DNA of 64,000 nt, from positions 8,060,001 through 8,124,000 of the forward strand of contig OU015568.1 of the NCBI GenBank assembly GCA_907165135.1, given 5' to 3'. The stretch is from Oikopleura dioica (taxonomy: Eukaryota > Animalia > Chordata). This document shows, piece by piece, positions 36,848-49,391 of this stretch. Both the position numbers and the translations under genes were made by a program. The notes beneath the pieces are model-generated. The model was not told where the DNA came from. It saw nothing but the letters and a program-made list of their open reading frames with translations, and did not search any database. The number at the start of each line of letters is the position of its first letter. The first letter of the stretch is position 1.

Positions 36848-38638
36848 TTATTCTTCGCAAAGATCAGTTCCGGAAATGAGAGTGTCGGTGTAATGGAGAG
36901 CTGTCAATGACTTGAGGAGTGAGCAGGTTTGATCTGCGGGAGAGAACGTCCAGGATCGACATGTTGGGATGAGGTCACAGATCTTCGAGCAGTTTGATGA
37001 GCTCTGAACGGTGGGAATCGGATCTGCTGATCCCCAAGTGATGAGGTCGGAGTTCGAAAACCAGCCCTGCTCGAACTCTTGATTCTTCATCAGACTTTTT
37101 ATCGGATTCGCGACTTGTTGAGAGCGATTTGCCATTTATAAGGCTTTGTGAGTTTGCAAATCCGTTCCAGAATTCTGATTGACACTGAACAGGAGCGCTA
37201 ACATAATCTTCATCGTCTTCAATATTTTCAGGCGCGGAGGAATCTTTCAGATAGCAGCGGTTATCAGCTCGAAAGCTTATGGATACATTATCAGATTGTC
37301 TTAAACACACAGTACCTAACAAAATCGCATCCGTCAACATTTCGGCAGATCTCGAGACAGGTAAACACATCGGGGACTTCGTAAATGGCTCTTCTTCCGG
37401 TCAATGAATCAGAAGAATAGTAGGATGTGTAGTCAAAACCAGGTTTCTAAAATAAATGTTTTTGTCAAAAATAACCTTTATTCATACACCTCGCACTGAA
37501 AGCATCCATCAGATTTTCCAACAAAAGAAATTCCGTCTTGGTCGTATTCAAGTCCATCTAATGACGTGAATAACTCACAACTGTGATCTTCGCTATTCCA
37601 CGTGAAGTACTCGCAGCCTTGCTGGCTGTGAAGCTTGCAGTGGCTTTGGCAACCTTTTGCTGTGTAGACATTTTCGATATGATCGATAGAGTTGCCAGTG
37701 AAGATGCCAGGGCTAAAATGGGACTACGAATGGAAGGATTTAGTGTCTTACTTTATCGCTGCATTTTCTACAAAACATCCTTTTGAGTTTGATTCATCTT
37801 CAAATTGGATGATTTCTACAGTTTTCTTCGAAGAAGCCGTTGGTTGAAGTTGAATACGGTTGTTCTCTCGGACATTTACAGGGTATCTCGGCAGAACTTC
37901 AGGCTCCTCGAATTCATATTTCCCGGTAGTCGTCGTTGATTGCAACTCTGCATAAGGCCTCTTTGATGCAATTGCATCAGCAGCTTGTTGTTGCTTCTGG
38001 GTCATTATTTTCTGGAGAAGAGCTCGTTGATCACTGACTTCTTTCTGCACCTGTTGCAAAATTTTTAGTTTTTCTTCAAGTTTTTGAGCAAGAATCGCGT
38101 TTTGACTGGAGATCGCTTGTTGATCTTGGAATTGAAGATTCGAAATTTGGTTTGAGAGGCTTTGTTGTTGATGGTAAAATGAGTCGTCGCGCGCTTGATT
38201 TGGAGACATGTTGTTGTGATTTAAATATGCGTTTGCTTGTTGCTGGAAATGACTTTGGCCGGCTTGAATTTGATTTTGAGGCTGGTATTGATTCTGATAG
38301 AACTCGCGTTCGCGTTGGTGAGCTTGGGCCCATTGTTGGTTGAGTTGCGCTTGGGCAGCATTCGTCGCCGTAATTCTTGATGGTTGATAAATATCAAGAG
38401 CGGCTTGAGAAGCATACTGCTGGTTGAGTAACGCTTGCTGAGCTATAAGCGGTTCTATTTCATTTTGATAGAATTCCTGCTGCTCGATCGGTCGTGGCCT
38501 TGGTCCGCGCTCCATCGATTCTATCTGGTCTCTAGAAATAACTCGGCCGTATGGAACATCACTTCCGTGCCCATCGTTGTTCAGATCATGAGCCTCTTGA
38601 GCGGCAGTGATCGCTAGTAAACTCTGGAAAAGCTTCAT
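36848..38638 (-). CDS. Secreted Gln-rich protein with three C-terminal PAN/Apple domains
   Basis: Signal MKLFQSLLAITAA; ~200-aa Q/N-rich tract; then spliced GCQSHC...GCEYFTWNSEDHSCEL, TCLEICRNVDGCDF...RCYLK and CSKICDLIPTCRSWTFSPADQTCSL. Confidence 0.8.
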
Positions 38639-38810
38639 ACAGTCAAGTTCTATTTCTAAGCTTGATTTATTTCAATTCTTGTTTATATACCAAGATCAGA
38701 CGATCAGAGAGCAAACAAATGAATTGATGTCAGAGGGATGACTGAGCTAATAATTGTGCGTAATAGATTGTCTGGTTTATTAAAAAAAGCCGTTGAATAA
38801 ATGGAAGATT

Positions 38811-39202
38811 TTAAGCAGGGATGTAGCATTCACTGTCTTCGGGGAGGTTAAAGGGCCAGTCGCATTCGCCACTAACTGGGTTGTAAACTGCACCAGGGGC
38901 GCACCAAAACTGATCAAGAGTTAAGAAAGAAAGATGATAGATCTTTACCTTGTCAGCCCAGATGCCCTCATCCCAGCAAAGATAGTAAGCGTCGCAGTCC
39001 TTGAAGGATGGGTAGAATCCGTCTGGGCAGTAGCCAGTTCCAGGGAGAGCTTCTGGGGTACCTAAGCGGCAGGTCAGTAATGATGATGGTCTTTACAACG
39101 TTTTATACCTTGGCAGGCGTTGTGGCAGAAAGCGAGGGCCTCGGGATCGTGTGGGACCTCGTCGGTGGCAAGAGCAAGACCAAAGAGTGCGAAAAGTTTC
39201 AT
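38811..39202 (-). CDS. Small secreted chitin-binding (CBM14/peritrophin-A) protein 1
   Basis: MKLFALFGLALATDEVPHDPEALAFCHNAC...CPDGFYPSFKDCDAYYLCW...FWCAPGAVYNPVSGECDWP..C; two introns. Confidence 0.88.
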
Positions 39203-39470
39203 TTTTGTAATTCTCTGTGAATGAATTCTGAGCTGTACTGCATGCGAGTTTTATGCACCAGAAACTGCTGCATCATCATGATTTTATGGAAAAATATATA
39301 TTTCGTAGAGATGAACAAACAAAAGCCATGATGGGAAGTGTTTCAGGTGGTTAGTGGATTCTTTCATCTTCTCAACGCGTGATTGTAAAACCTGCTAGAC
39401 ATAATTGCGAGGAAAATTTATTGAAAAGAAATGAATAAAAGTTTGATCACAGGTTTAACGTAATAGTTCA

Positions 39471-40149
39471 CTACTTTGCTGGTACATAGCACTCGTGATC
39501 TTCCGGAAGATTAAATGGCCAGTCGCATTCTTTTGTAACAGGGTTGTAGACGGCGCCTGGCGCACACTGATATTTCTCTCCAATTTCTCCATCAGCCCAG
39601 CAGAGGTAGTAAGCATCGCAGTCTTTGTGAGAAGGATAGAAACCATTAGGGCAGATGCTGGAGTCTGGGCAATTTGGATTGGGGACGAGATCTTCCTCTG
39701 CACAAGCGATAGGAGAAGCCCCACGATCTTTTCCAGGGGCTACTTCTCCACAGGGAGTTTTGCAACAATCAATCGGGATCGGATCTTGAGCTTGAGCAGC
39801 AGCGGGAATAAAGCATTCGTTATCCTGAGGAAGATTGAATGGCCAGTCACATTCGCCTGTTGCAGGATTGAAGACGGCGCCAGGGCTACACCAAAACTAG
39901 AATTTAATTGAAAATAAAGGGGATTAGAATTCAATCGTGTACTTTGTCTGCCCAGTTGCCAGAGTCCCAGCAGAGATAGTAGGTATCACAGTCTTTCACC
40001 GATGCGTAAAATCCATCGTGGCAATATCCTGTATCGGGATATCCGATGTCTGTTCCTCTGCAAGCATTGTGGCAGTAAGCCAGAGCTTCTGGATCGTGTG
40101 GAACCTCGTCGGTCGCAAGGGCAAGTCCGAAAAAGCCGAAAAGTTTCAT
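39471..40149 (-). CDS. Secreted CBM14 protein 2 (two chitin-binding domains)
   Basis: Same N-terminus as protein 1; two CBM14 units (CHDGFY..KDCDTYYLC..CSPGAVFNPATGECDWP; CPNGFY..KDCDAYYLC..CAPGAVYNPVTKECDWP). Confidence 0.88.
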
Positions 40150-40519
40150 TTTCTTTCAGTTTGTCTCACAAGGACCAAGAAACTCGTTTTTATACTAAAA
40201 TTACTGCAGTTTTCTATGGAAAAACATATTTTCAAAAGGTCGACATTGAGTTCATCTTTGAGACGATCAAATAGAAAAATCAGTCGTCTGATTAGAAAAG
40301 AACTTGTATCGAAAACAAGTCCATATAATTTTCCATCTACAATATTTGATCATCTTCATTTTCAACGCAACAGACGACCACGCTCACGCAAATTACAGAG
40401 CCAACATAACATTCAAAATCAAATGGCGATTTTTATGAAAAGCAATCATATGTTGATTTTTTCTAAATAAAAGAATCGCGAAATCCGCTCACCAAGCACT
40501 TTTCAATTCACAAGAAAAA

Positions 40520-40904
40520 ATGAAGATTTTCGCACTTTTCGGTCTTGCTTTCGCTACCGACGAGGTTCCTCATGATCCCGAGGCGCTTGCATTCTGCCAC
40601 AATGCTTGTCAAGGTAGATTCAAACAACTCAAGCACAAATATAATGAGATAAGGTCGGCCGGACGCATTAGTCGACACCGGCTACTGTCCAGATGGCTTC
40701 TACCCCTCTTTCAAGGACTGCGATGCTTACTACCTGTGCTGGGATGCTGGAAACTGGGGCGACAAGGTATTGTTAAGAAAGAGATTAAACTAGTCTAACT
40801 TTTAGTTCTGGTGCGCTCCGGGAAATGTCTTCAACCCAATTACAGGCGAATGCGACTGGCCATTTAACCTTCCCGAAGATAGCGAATGCTACATTCCTCT
40901 CTAA
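40520..40904 (+). CDS. Small secreted CBM14 protein 3
   Basis: Close paralog of protein 1 with the same two intron positions; transcribed divergently from protein 2. Confidence 0.88.
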
Positions 40905-40964
40905 CTTTTCTTTCCGAAATAAAAGTACACGATAATCATTCTATATTTCACATGGCTATCAATT

Positions 40965-41511
40965 TTAATTCGAGACTTCAGATAAAAATTTCTCAGCAAG
41001 TCGATTTGATTTGCGGGTAATTTTGTTTCTCAATCGTTGAGTTGTGAGACAGTCTGAGACCGAGGCGAAGCGGGATAGAATTTCGCCGCTGGTTTTCGGA
41101 AGAGGGTCTCCATTTGGTTCCATCAATCTTAAATTCAGATAGAAAGTGCTATCGATCGCAAACTTACTGGTCGTAGCAAGACTCCAGGCAAACTGGATCT
41201 TCTTGGCATTCTGCGAAAGCTTTGGTGGCGAAATTCTTGAGTTCCACAAATTTATTCAACAATCGAGGACCTCTTCTTTTCATTGTATTTTTCTCTACTT
41301 GTTCGGCGAAAATGCTTTCAGAAATTTTTCCATAAATTTGCTAAAAATAACGCATCATTTCAATAGTTTTGGCAATTCTTACGAATAATTGAAGGCCTGT
41401 TTTCTGAGCGATCAAAATATCGAATAAAGATGGCTGTGTGTCAACCCTCTGAGCTTCTGTTTCAAACTCTTGGGCGGCGGAAAACGCAAAAAGTGCAATA
41501 CTTATTTTCAT
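40965..41511 (-). CDS. Orphan secreted helical protein (~154 aa)
   Basis: MKISIALFAFSAAQE...; 42- and 40-nt GT-AG introns give a continuous frame containing KRRGPR and AECQEDPVCLESCYD. Confidence 0.65.
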
Positions 41512-41986
41512 GCTTGTTATCCCTTTTTTCAGGCAAAAGTGAAGGGAGGCCCCGGTTTACTCCCTTTTATCCTTATTTTTGGCAATGATTCAGCGCGTCG
41601 GTTTAAGGTGGCGCTCGGACGGCGCTTACCATGATTGATCACGAGAAATTGAGAAGGCGCTCCAATTACTCTCGTCACACATACAAGTGGTTAGATTCGA
41701 GTGGGTACAGCTGATTTGGTCCGTCAGAAAACTAGGCTTTGGAATTTCTTCTTGAGAACTTTTTGGTTCAATTTAGTGTCAAGGTTAAATTTGCTGATCC
41801 TTACTACTATAATAAACAAGAATATTCGCCGACGAGTAACAAATTGTGCTGTATGGATTCTAAACAAAGTCAAACAGCCAATGTGCGAAAAATTTGCATT
41901 TCGCTGCTTCTTGTAATCTGTGCTGGAATTGTGCTGGAGCGGCGGCGAGAAGTTCAAGAAACAATTACACGAGAAACGATATAAAA

Positions 41987-44780
41987 ATGCGTTTACTGCC
42001 TTTATTGGCAGGAGCAGAAGCTTCGCTCAGACATTATGCCAATGTGACAGATGTGGCTGCTGAAGAAGTGACGATCGTAGAAGGCGCTCTACGAGATGGA
42101 TACTGTGGAAGTAGAAAATTTACACTTTGGTAAATTGAAATTTCGCGACAGTTCTTTTTATTTTCAGTTATCCACCCACTGAAGACAACCCAAACACAAA
42201 CTGCGTTGACGTCACCATCGACGGGCAACATGTTGATCAGGTTTCAGTGAACGGACAAATCGTTGATCCTGAAAAGTGCATCTTCGTCGTTATCGGACTA
42301 TGGGCCAGCTGGGCAGAGGCAGATATGATTTGCAAGACGCAAGCTGCGGGAAGTGTTAACGAGGAGGGACATCTTATGTCCATTCATAATGGCCTTCAAA
42401 ATACGAAAATCAAGCAAAGTAAGAGAAACATCGAAAATTGATTCGACAATTTTCTAGTTATCGACGCTTCTACCAACGAGCATGCACCGTGGTCGCCATA
42501 CTGGATTGGACTGCGACAACACTCACTCAACTCTGAGTTCGAGTGGTCTAACTTTTCCCCGGTCGATTATGTCAACTGGTACCCAGGAGAACCTAACAAC
42601 GCCGGCGATGGAGAAGATTGCGGACAGTTTACTGCCTGGGATTCGCACTGGAATGATGACAACTGCAACAAGGGATTTCAGTTTGTCTGTGAGGTGTACA
42701 AGGAACAACGACCACTGCCGCCAAATTTGGATCAAAATTGGCCATCTACTGGTTTTTGTAAAGAAGGATGGACCAAATACGCAAAGGTAAGACACTCAAT
42801 AGAAAATTTAATGAAGACTTTTCTCGAGGGTTGCTACCTAAAAGTAGGCCAAGACACAAAGAACCACGATGGTTATGACGACGAGAAATCTTTCAACGAT
42901 GCTCGAACCTACTGTAATGGCGTTTGGCCGGGAGCAGATCTTGTTATCCTCCATAATGTCTTCTACAACTTTTTCCTTGCTTCATTTGTGAAAGGCTTCG
43001 GTCGCAATGTTTGGCTTGGTGGACAAAGTACTACTCAGGATAGTCAATTTCATTGGATTGATAATTCTAGGTAATGGATTAGGATTTTTTAATTGGTAAA
43101 ATGCTCAGGTTGACATTTTCGAACTGGGTGGCCGGTAGACCTGTTGGAATTGTCGATGAAGACTCGACAAATTTAGAAGATGAAATGATTATGAGATACA
43201 GCGGAAACTTTGGTAAGACAAGGGAAAATTTTCGAAGACAAAATTTTTAGATGCTCCCGCCGGAACATGGTACGATAAAGATGGTCGAGTGCCTCATGGA
43301 TTCATCTGCGAGCACAAACTTGACAGCGGCGAGAAAGACCACGGTCATGAAATTTGCCCTGATGGTTGGATGTCATTTTCTTATGGCTGCTACAAACTCT
43401 CTTTTGAGGCAAAAGGCTACAATCAAGCGAACGATGATTGCAAAGCCCAGTGGCAGGCTTCTTCTGGCGATAAAGTAAGTATCAATTTTTTTCTTCCTTA
43501 ATTATTTATTCATTAGTCTTGGTTCTCAAATCTTGCTACAATCACAGATCAATTCGAAAACGACTTCGTTACATCTATGCTTTACGGAGAACAGACCAAC
43601 TTTGACTTGAACTTCAACTCATACGCTGGCGCTTGGATCGGCTACCACGGGAATAAAGATGGCGACAATGTTGTTTCCTTCAATTGGATGGACGAGTACT
43701 TTTCCTCTACTTACACTAAGTGGTATTATGGGGAACCAGCAGTAGAATTTGTCTTGCCGGATACGGAACTGTGTATTTATATGCTCGCGAAAAATGACAG
43801 AGGTAAAATCGTAACATAAAGGACTCATATTTAACATCTTTGAGGTGGTCAACAAGGCGCTGGAAACTGGCGAGTTGAGGGCCCTTGTGTCTCGCAACGA
43901 CCCTATGTCTGCAAAGCAGTACCACCAAAGGTTATTCCAGAGCTAGATCAGCGTGGCGAAATGAGACCCTGCAATGAATCTCACGGATGGCTTGACTCTG
44001 GAACTCATGTCGAGCCTGGCACAACTTGCATCAAAGCATTCAAACACGAAAAGAGAGTTTCATTCTATGAAGCAGAAACTTATTGTAATCAGCATTACGG
44101 AGGTCACCTTGCTTCGATTCATAGTAACGCTGGAAATCAACGACTCCTGGAAATTATTTCTTCTAGTATCGGAAATAAATACTGGACATGGATCGGTAAA
44201 TCGGTCAAAAGTACATTCATTCACCGTTATTTAGGTTTGAAAGACAACAACGCTGGCGGACACATGTGGACTGATGGATCCGCTGTCGACTTCCTCTACT
44301 GGGGTCCTGGGTGGGGACCCAAAGATCCTGACCTTGCTACTTGTGCTGATATTGGCTCAGAAGGACTTTGGAGTGCCGAAGGATGCTCAAGTAGAAATGA
44401 CTTCGTCTGCCAGGTTCAAAAGCCCTACGAAAAATGCATGTCTGTTCCAATCCAAAGCCGAGTGCCCTGCGGTTACCCAGGTATCACCATGAACGGGTGC
44501 ATGGATGAATTGAAGTGCTGCTGGGATGGAACGATGGGGAGCAAAGCTTGCTTCACTCCTGGAATCACTTCAGCGCCCTCGCCCAGCGGTGGCGGAATGA
44601 GTGTCGCTGGAGCCGTATTTTTGACGATGTTCATGTGGGCCATTCCAATGGGTAAAATTTAACTATCGGAAACACTCGGTTTATTTGTATATTTTAGCCG
44701 GAATGGTCTATTTTTACATGTTCAGAGGACCACAAGCAGGTGCCTCCGGAGGAATCGCTAACGTATCTGCTAATTTTTAA
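41987..44780 (+). CDS. Multi C-type lectin receptor: 4 CTLDs + trefoil (P) domain + TM
   Basis: CTLD1 has WIGL...EPNN..EDC...WNDDNC; three further CTLDs; CMSVPIQSRVPCGYPGIT...CCWD...CF trefoil motif; TM VAGAVFLTMFMWAIPM. Confidence 0.88.
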
Positions 44781-44884
44781 CTTTGTTCATAAATAAAACA
44801 ACATTTTGTATTTGATCTTTATTTAAACGTATTCTTCACTACTTTGAACGACTCTAAAATAACTTTTATGAAATGGAATAAAGA

Positions 44885-45465
44885 TTAAAAAACCTTTGAC
44901 AATACTTCCAAAACTTCCACGAGAAGGCGATCGAGATCTGCGTCGTTCGGTAGAGGGGAAGTTCCGCGGTGGTTTTTGCGGTGTAACTTGTATCCCTGCT
45001 GACGCTTCCTCAAAGTCATCAACTTTTACTCCCTATTGAATGATTTTATGAATGAAAAAAAATTATAATTAACTTGGCAATAGGTTAGATCCAAGCCGCT
45101 GTCGAATTTTGATGAAAATGCTGAATCCTCGTGGTCGTCTGCGTTTTCCTCAGATGCAACTTGATTTCCTCTATTTGTTAAAGCTTGTAGCAGAAATGAA
45201 GTTTTGACTATATCTCAAAAAATATATTTTGAACTCATTTCTTATTCAACGTGTTTTGAATACTCGCAAGCTCGTTTCTAAGAAGCTCGAGCTGATCCGA
45301 AAGATCGTCAATTGCCTGCCTGTGTTCAAGATTCTTGAGCTCTAAGTCAAGTCGCACTCGTCTGGAAATAAGCAATGACTTTGCCAATAAGCAAAAGCGT
45401 GCTGAATACCTTTCAGTTTCATCCTGACGCTTTAAAACTTTACGGCAAAGCTTTTCAAAACTCAT
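44885..45465 (-). CDS. Orphan coiled-coil protein
   Basis: MSFEKLCRKV...heptad-rich exon plus two further exons ending RRRSRSPSRGSFGSIVKGF*. Confidence 0.45.
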
Positions 45466-47054
45466 TTCCTCTTTTTGAATTACTCTGAGTGAGTAAAAAG
45501 TCATTGAAATTTGATGATATAATTTCAGAATAATTTCATTTACGAAAAGAAATGAACGAGATTGATGTCGAAATCAATTAATTTCAATACGGAATAATCA
45601 AGCCGTATCGTTGATAAGTATTCTTCCTTGATTTCAATTTTACCAATTCATCTATGGGTGTTAAAGCTAATAAAAAAAATAATAAAAAATAATAAACAAA
45701 CATAAAATTCAATCAATAATTTTCAGATGGCATCGAAAAATCTGTTCAAAATTGATCAATTTATGTTTTCTAAGAATTAAAAAATGTTGTTCAGCAAGCT
45801 GTTGAGATTTCAATAAAAAGGCAGTGTGTTATTATTGAAGAATCTACTTCAGTTGTTCAAATTGAAGTGTAAGTCATAAGAATTTCTTGATCTGATAACG
45901 GATATTCATCTTTCAGGAATTTTTAATACTAATACTAATTGGATTGATTACATTTTTATGGTGAAATATGCGCTATTTTTATGGTAAGTTATGCGTCATT
46001 TTTATGCTTTAATATGCTTTATTCTTACCAATTAATTTTGGTTCATTTCTTTGATATTCAGAAGACGAATCGGATAATATTTTTTTTATAAATTATGACA
46101 GATTCTTTAGCGAGGTTTAATCGGACCATAGAGTAAGAAAGGGTAACCTTATCGGTAAATTACGGTATTATACCGATGTTTAAATTTTAGATGTCAAATC
46201 AACTACGGCAATAATTCGCTCGGCGACATATTAACGCATTTTTTTTTCTTCAAATTTTAATAATTTCAAAAAAAGAAATTCTGGGGAAAAATAACTTAAT
46301 TTTTTTAACAAAAATAAATGATTATTTAACAGATTTCTACCGCACGATTTCAAAGCTGATGATGATGACTGTGAATGAGAAAAGCCTCTGAGTTAATCTT
46401 CATGCTCAAAGATAAAGAAACTGAAGCGACGTTTGATTAATTTTTAATCAAAATAAAGAACTTGAAAATGGATTGACCTTCTGTCAGGCGTGAATCTTCA
46501 TCTTTCAACTGCGGCCCATATTTAGCTTTTTAGATGCTCTCTATGGAGCTCTTCTGAGCCGATTGTACGGCTCAGCGGCGATTGTTCCTCCGGCTTGTTC
46601 ACTCCAGTTGTACATTATCGCCAGCAACAAAACTTATTTCCAACTTATTCGCGTTAAAAGAAGCCATTAGAGTCAGAAACCGCAATTCAAATTGCAATTC
46701 AGTCGCATGGGAACGTTTTTTTTATCGCTTTAGAATTATATCAGAGAAGGAAAATTTCATTCCCATTTGATAAGTACTTCCGAGCGAGTGTCTTTTAGAC
46801 AGGTAACGTTTTCAAATTGAAATCTTTTTGTTATCATTTTTTGAAGAGAAGTTTTCTGCTTACATGGAATCGTCATGTGGTTCTGCATTGTTTTATTTGT
46901 TATTGGAACGTTTACTTATCTCATTTATTACTGTCGAAAAGGAACTGGTTTTCAAATGTCTCTGGCTTTAGATTTTGCATATTCTTTTTGCCAACCCAGT
47001 TGAAAGAAAAGGAAGACATGTCCGAAATGATGAGAATGGCATAGAGAAAAAATA

Positions 47055-47277
47055 GGCTGCTCCTATTTTCTGGAGATTTTTTTCTGAGCCTATTTTTCAA
47101 GCCGATTTTTAAGGGTGTCAAGGGCCTCCCGGCCCCCTTAAACCTTGACAAAAACCCGGCCCAGGGCCCGGGCTTTCTTTTGACCAAGTCAGGTACCCTT
47201 AATTATAACTCTAACACCCTTAAAAATCGGTTTAAAAAATAGGTCCAGAGGAAAATTTCCAGAAAGTAGTAGTTGCC
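47055..47277. repeat. Short inverted-repeat element (MITE-like remnant)
   Basis: ~65-bp imperfect arms (TTTTCTGGA..CCTATTTTT..CCGATTTTTAAGGGTGT and its reverse complement) around a GC-rich core; no clear TSD. Confidence 0.6.
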
Positions 47278-47935
47278 GAAAAAACACTACTGTGATTATT
47301 TATCACTGTAGATTTTACAGTGTAAATAGAAAATTTATAAAGAGCAAAAAAAGGTACTTTCTGTTGAACTTTTTTCAGCATAAAATTCTGGAGAACTTAC
47401 TTGAAACTGTCGCCGGCGGAAATGGTCAGTCAAGTTTCTCACTTCAAAAAGCTACAATCACTTCTCAAAAATTAATCCTACCAGAAAAAATGTCAGACTT
47501 ACAAAACCGCAGGAGTCATTCGCGTGGATTCGCGAAATCCGCCAGATGTCCGAAATTCCGGAAAGTACACGTAGAAGCATTAGAGACTCTTTGATACCCG
47601 TCGAGTGGGCAAAATGACTGGTGCACTTTTGAAGCCGCTTCTAAACGGGCAGTTAAAATTTTGAGGTTCAAATAAATTGGAGTTGGGTAAAGTGGACTCT
47701 TATTTTTAGTCTGTTATTAGGCTCCTTTTTTGTATTTTATCTTTATGAGGTTCTTTGACTCATGGTTCAACAGATCTTCGTATCTAAAAAAGCGAATGAT
47801 ATTTGAAAAAAAAATGAATAAATTTATCACATGATAGCTGTTTTCAAATTGATATCAAATTCTTATTTCATCAAGTTTTTACTTTATTAGGAATCTTTTT
47901 CTTGAAAAAAAAATCAAAAAATACTTAAACAAGTA

Positions 47936-48336
47936 CAGTTAATTATGGAATTTTTGGACATTTTTGTCCCAAGATTTTCGCAAAAATGTCCAAAAATTTG
48001 ATACACGCGGCCAAAAAAAATGTCCCATCCAAAATTGCTTAAAAAATTTTTTTTGAGGAAAATCTCCATCATTCTTTGTTTAATCCTTCTTCTAAAGACA
48101 AAAAATGTTTTAGGGGTAGGAGATCAACCTTCAATCTTATCTTTCTCAAAGAAAAAGTAAGATTTTTAATAAGAAAAAACGTCATATCTGGCAAAAAAAA
48201 ACAGAAAATTTAAAAATTAGGCGCAGAAAATGTCCAAAAATTTGATACGGGCACTTTTGAAAAGTGTCCAAAGAAAACCCCTTAAAATAGCAAAAATGTC
48301 CAAAAATTTGATGTCCAAAAATTCCGTAAAAAACTG
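47936..48336. mobile_element. Tc1/mariner-type MITE
   Basis: TA flanks on both sides; TIR CAGTTAATTATGGAATTTTTGGACAT vs CAGTTTTTTACGGAATTTTTGGACAT; internal direct repeats AAAATGTCCAAAAATTTGAT. Confidence 0.75.
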
Positions 48337-48551
48337 TAATTTGTTTTCTTGCTCTCTTCGCATAAAACAAGAGAACCCGAAAAATATTACGAGCAAGATT
48401 TAACGGTTAGAAAAGTACTGATTTAGCAAAATATTCGGACACTCTCGCGCGCCCCCTGAAATACTTCGAGTACCGCGCGAGTATAAAAAGAGCTCGTTTC
48501 GCTAGCTCGGCATCGAGTTATCCAAAGCGATATAAAAGCCCAAAACACAAG

Positions 48552-49079
48552 ATGAAAATTTTTGCCCTTCTCAGCGCTGCAGTATTTGGCCAGACAACTG
48601 ATCCACCAACTTCTGCCCCACCAGCCACGATTACTCTAGGAACAACAGTTACCGCTCCAGAGGCTTTTGCGTAAGTGACCGTTTCCTATGCGCTTATTAA
48701 TCGGTGATTTAGTTGCTTGACTTGCAATGCTAACAACGTTGCCGACTGCATCGCCAATGGAACGATGGTTGAATGCCAAGACAGCCAGACGTCCTGCGCT
48801 GTCACCATGCGTAAACGACGAGGAAAAACCTACTTCGTCCAGGCTGGCTGCAAAGCCCTCGACGCCTGCCTCGTCAACAAGAGTCAGAACAACAGAGGTC
48901 CCTGGAAGCTACAGGAGTGCAAGCCATACAACAACAAAAAGATCGAAAATTCTGTCTGCCGCCAATGCTGCGACGGAGCTCCCGAGTGCGTCCAGAACAC
49001 CTTCTTCAACGCAGATGGAACCGACGGAATCCAAAAACGGGCCACATGGATAAACGACTACGTCAGCCAGGACGATTAA
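48552..49079 (+). CDS. Secreted single Cys-rich domain protein (oikosin-type / three-finger-like)
   Basis: Signal MKIFALLSAAVFG, Thr/Pro linker, CLTC...C..C...RKRRG...GCK..AC..NKSQN...QEC...SVCRQCC..C; TATAAAA at ~48482 and ~48532. Confidence 0.75.
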
Positions 49080-49391
49080 GCCCCTTTTTCGTGTATAATT
49101 ATTTTTCGACCGAAAAGTCTTCTTCAGACTTTGAACTCAAAAAACCTTTTCGACAACATTTTCCAAAGGCGCAATGCCAATTGGAAAGAAACTTCCGTGA
49201 AATCAAACTTTATAACCATTTATAACTGATCAATAAAATATCTTTAAAATATGCGGCTTTCCTTTTAATAAAACTCTGCTGAGAAAAGTGACGTGGCTGA
49301 GAAATTGATAAGTAAGAAAGAAGCGGTAGGGCGCTCGTCCGGATTTGAGAAAGCCAAAAAAGTAGATTCTTAGAGAGCAGTTGCTGGAAAA

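Noticed and set aside
41100-41249. COMM-domain-like look of IQFAWSLATTSK...
   Set aside because: That frame runs through an intron; the spliced gene uses a different frame upstream and encodes a secreted protein.
45950-46025. Three imperfect 23-bp tandem repeats (TTTTTATG...TATGC) in AT-rich DNA
   Set aside because: Low complexity and degenerate; no function supportable.
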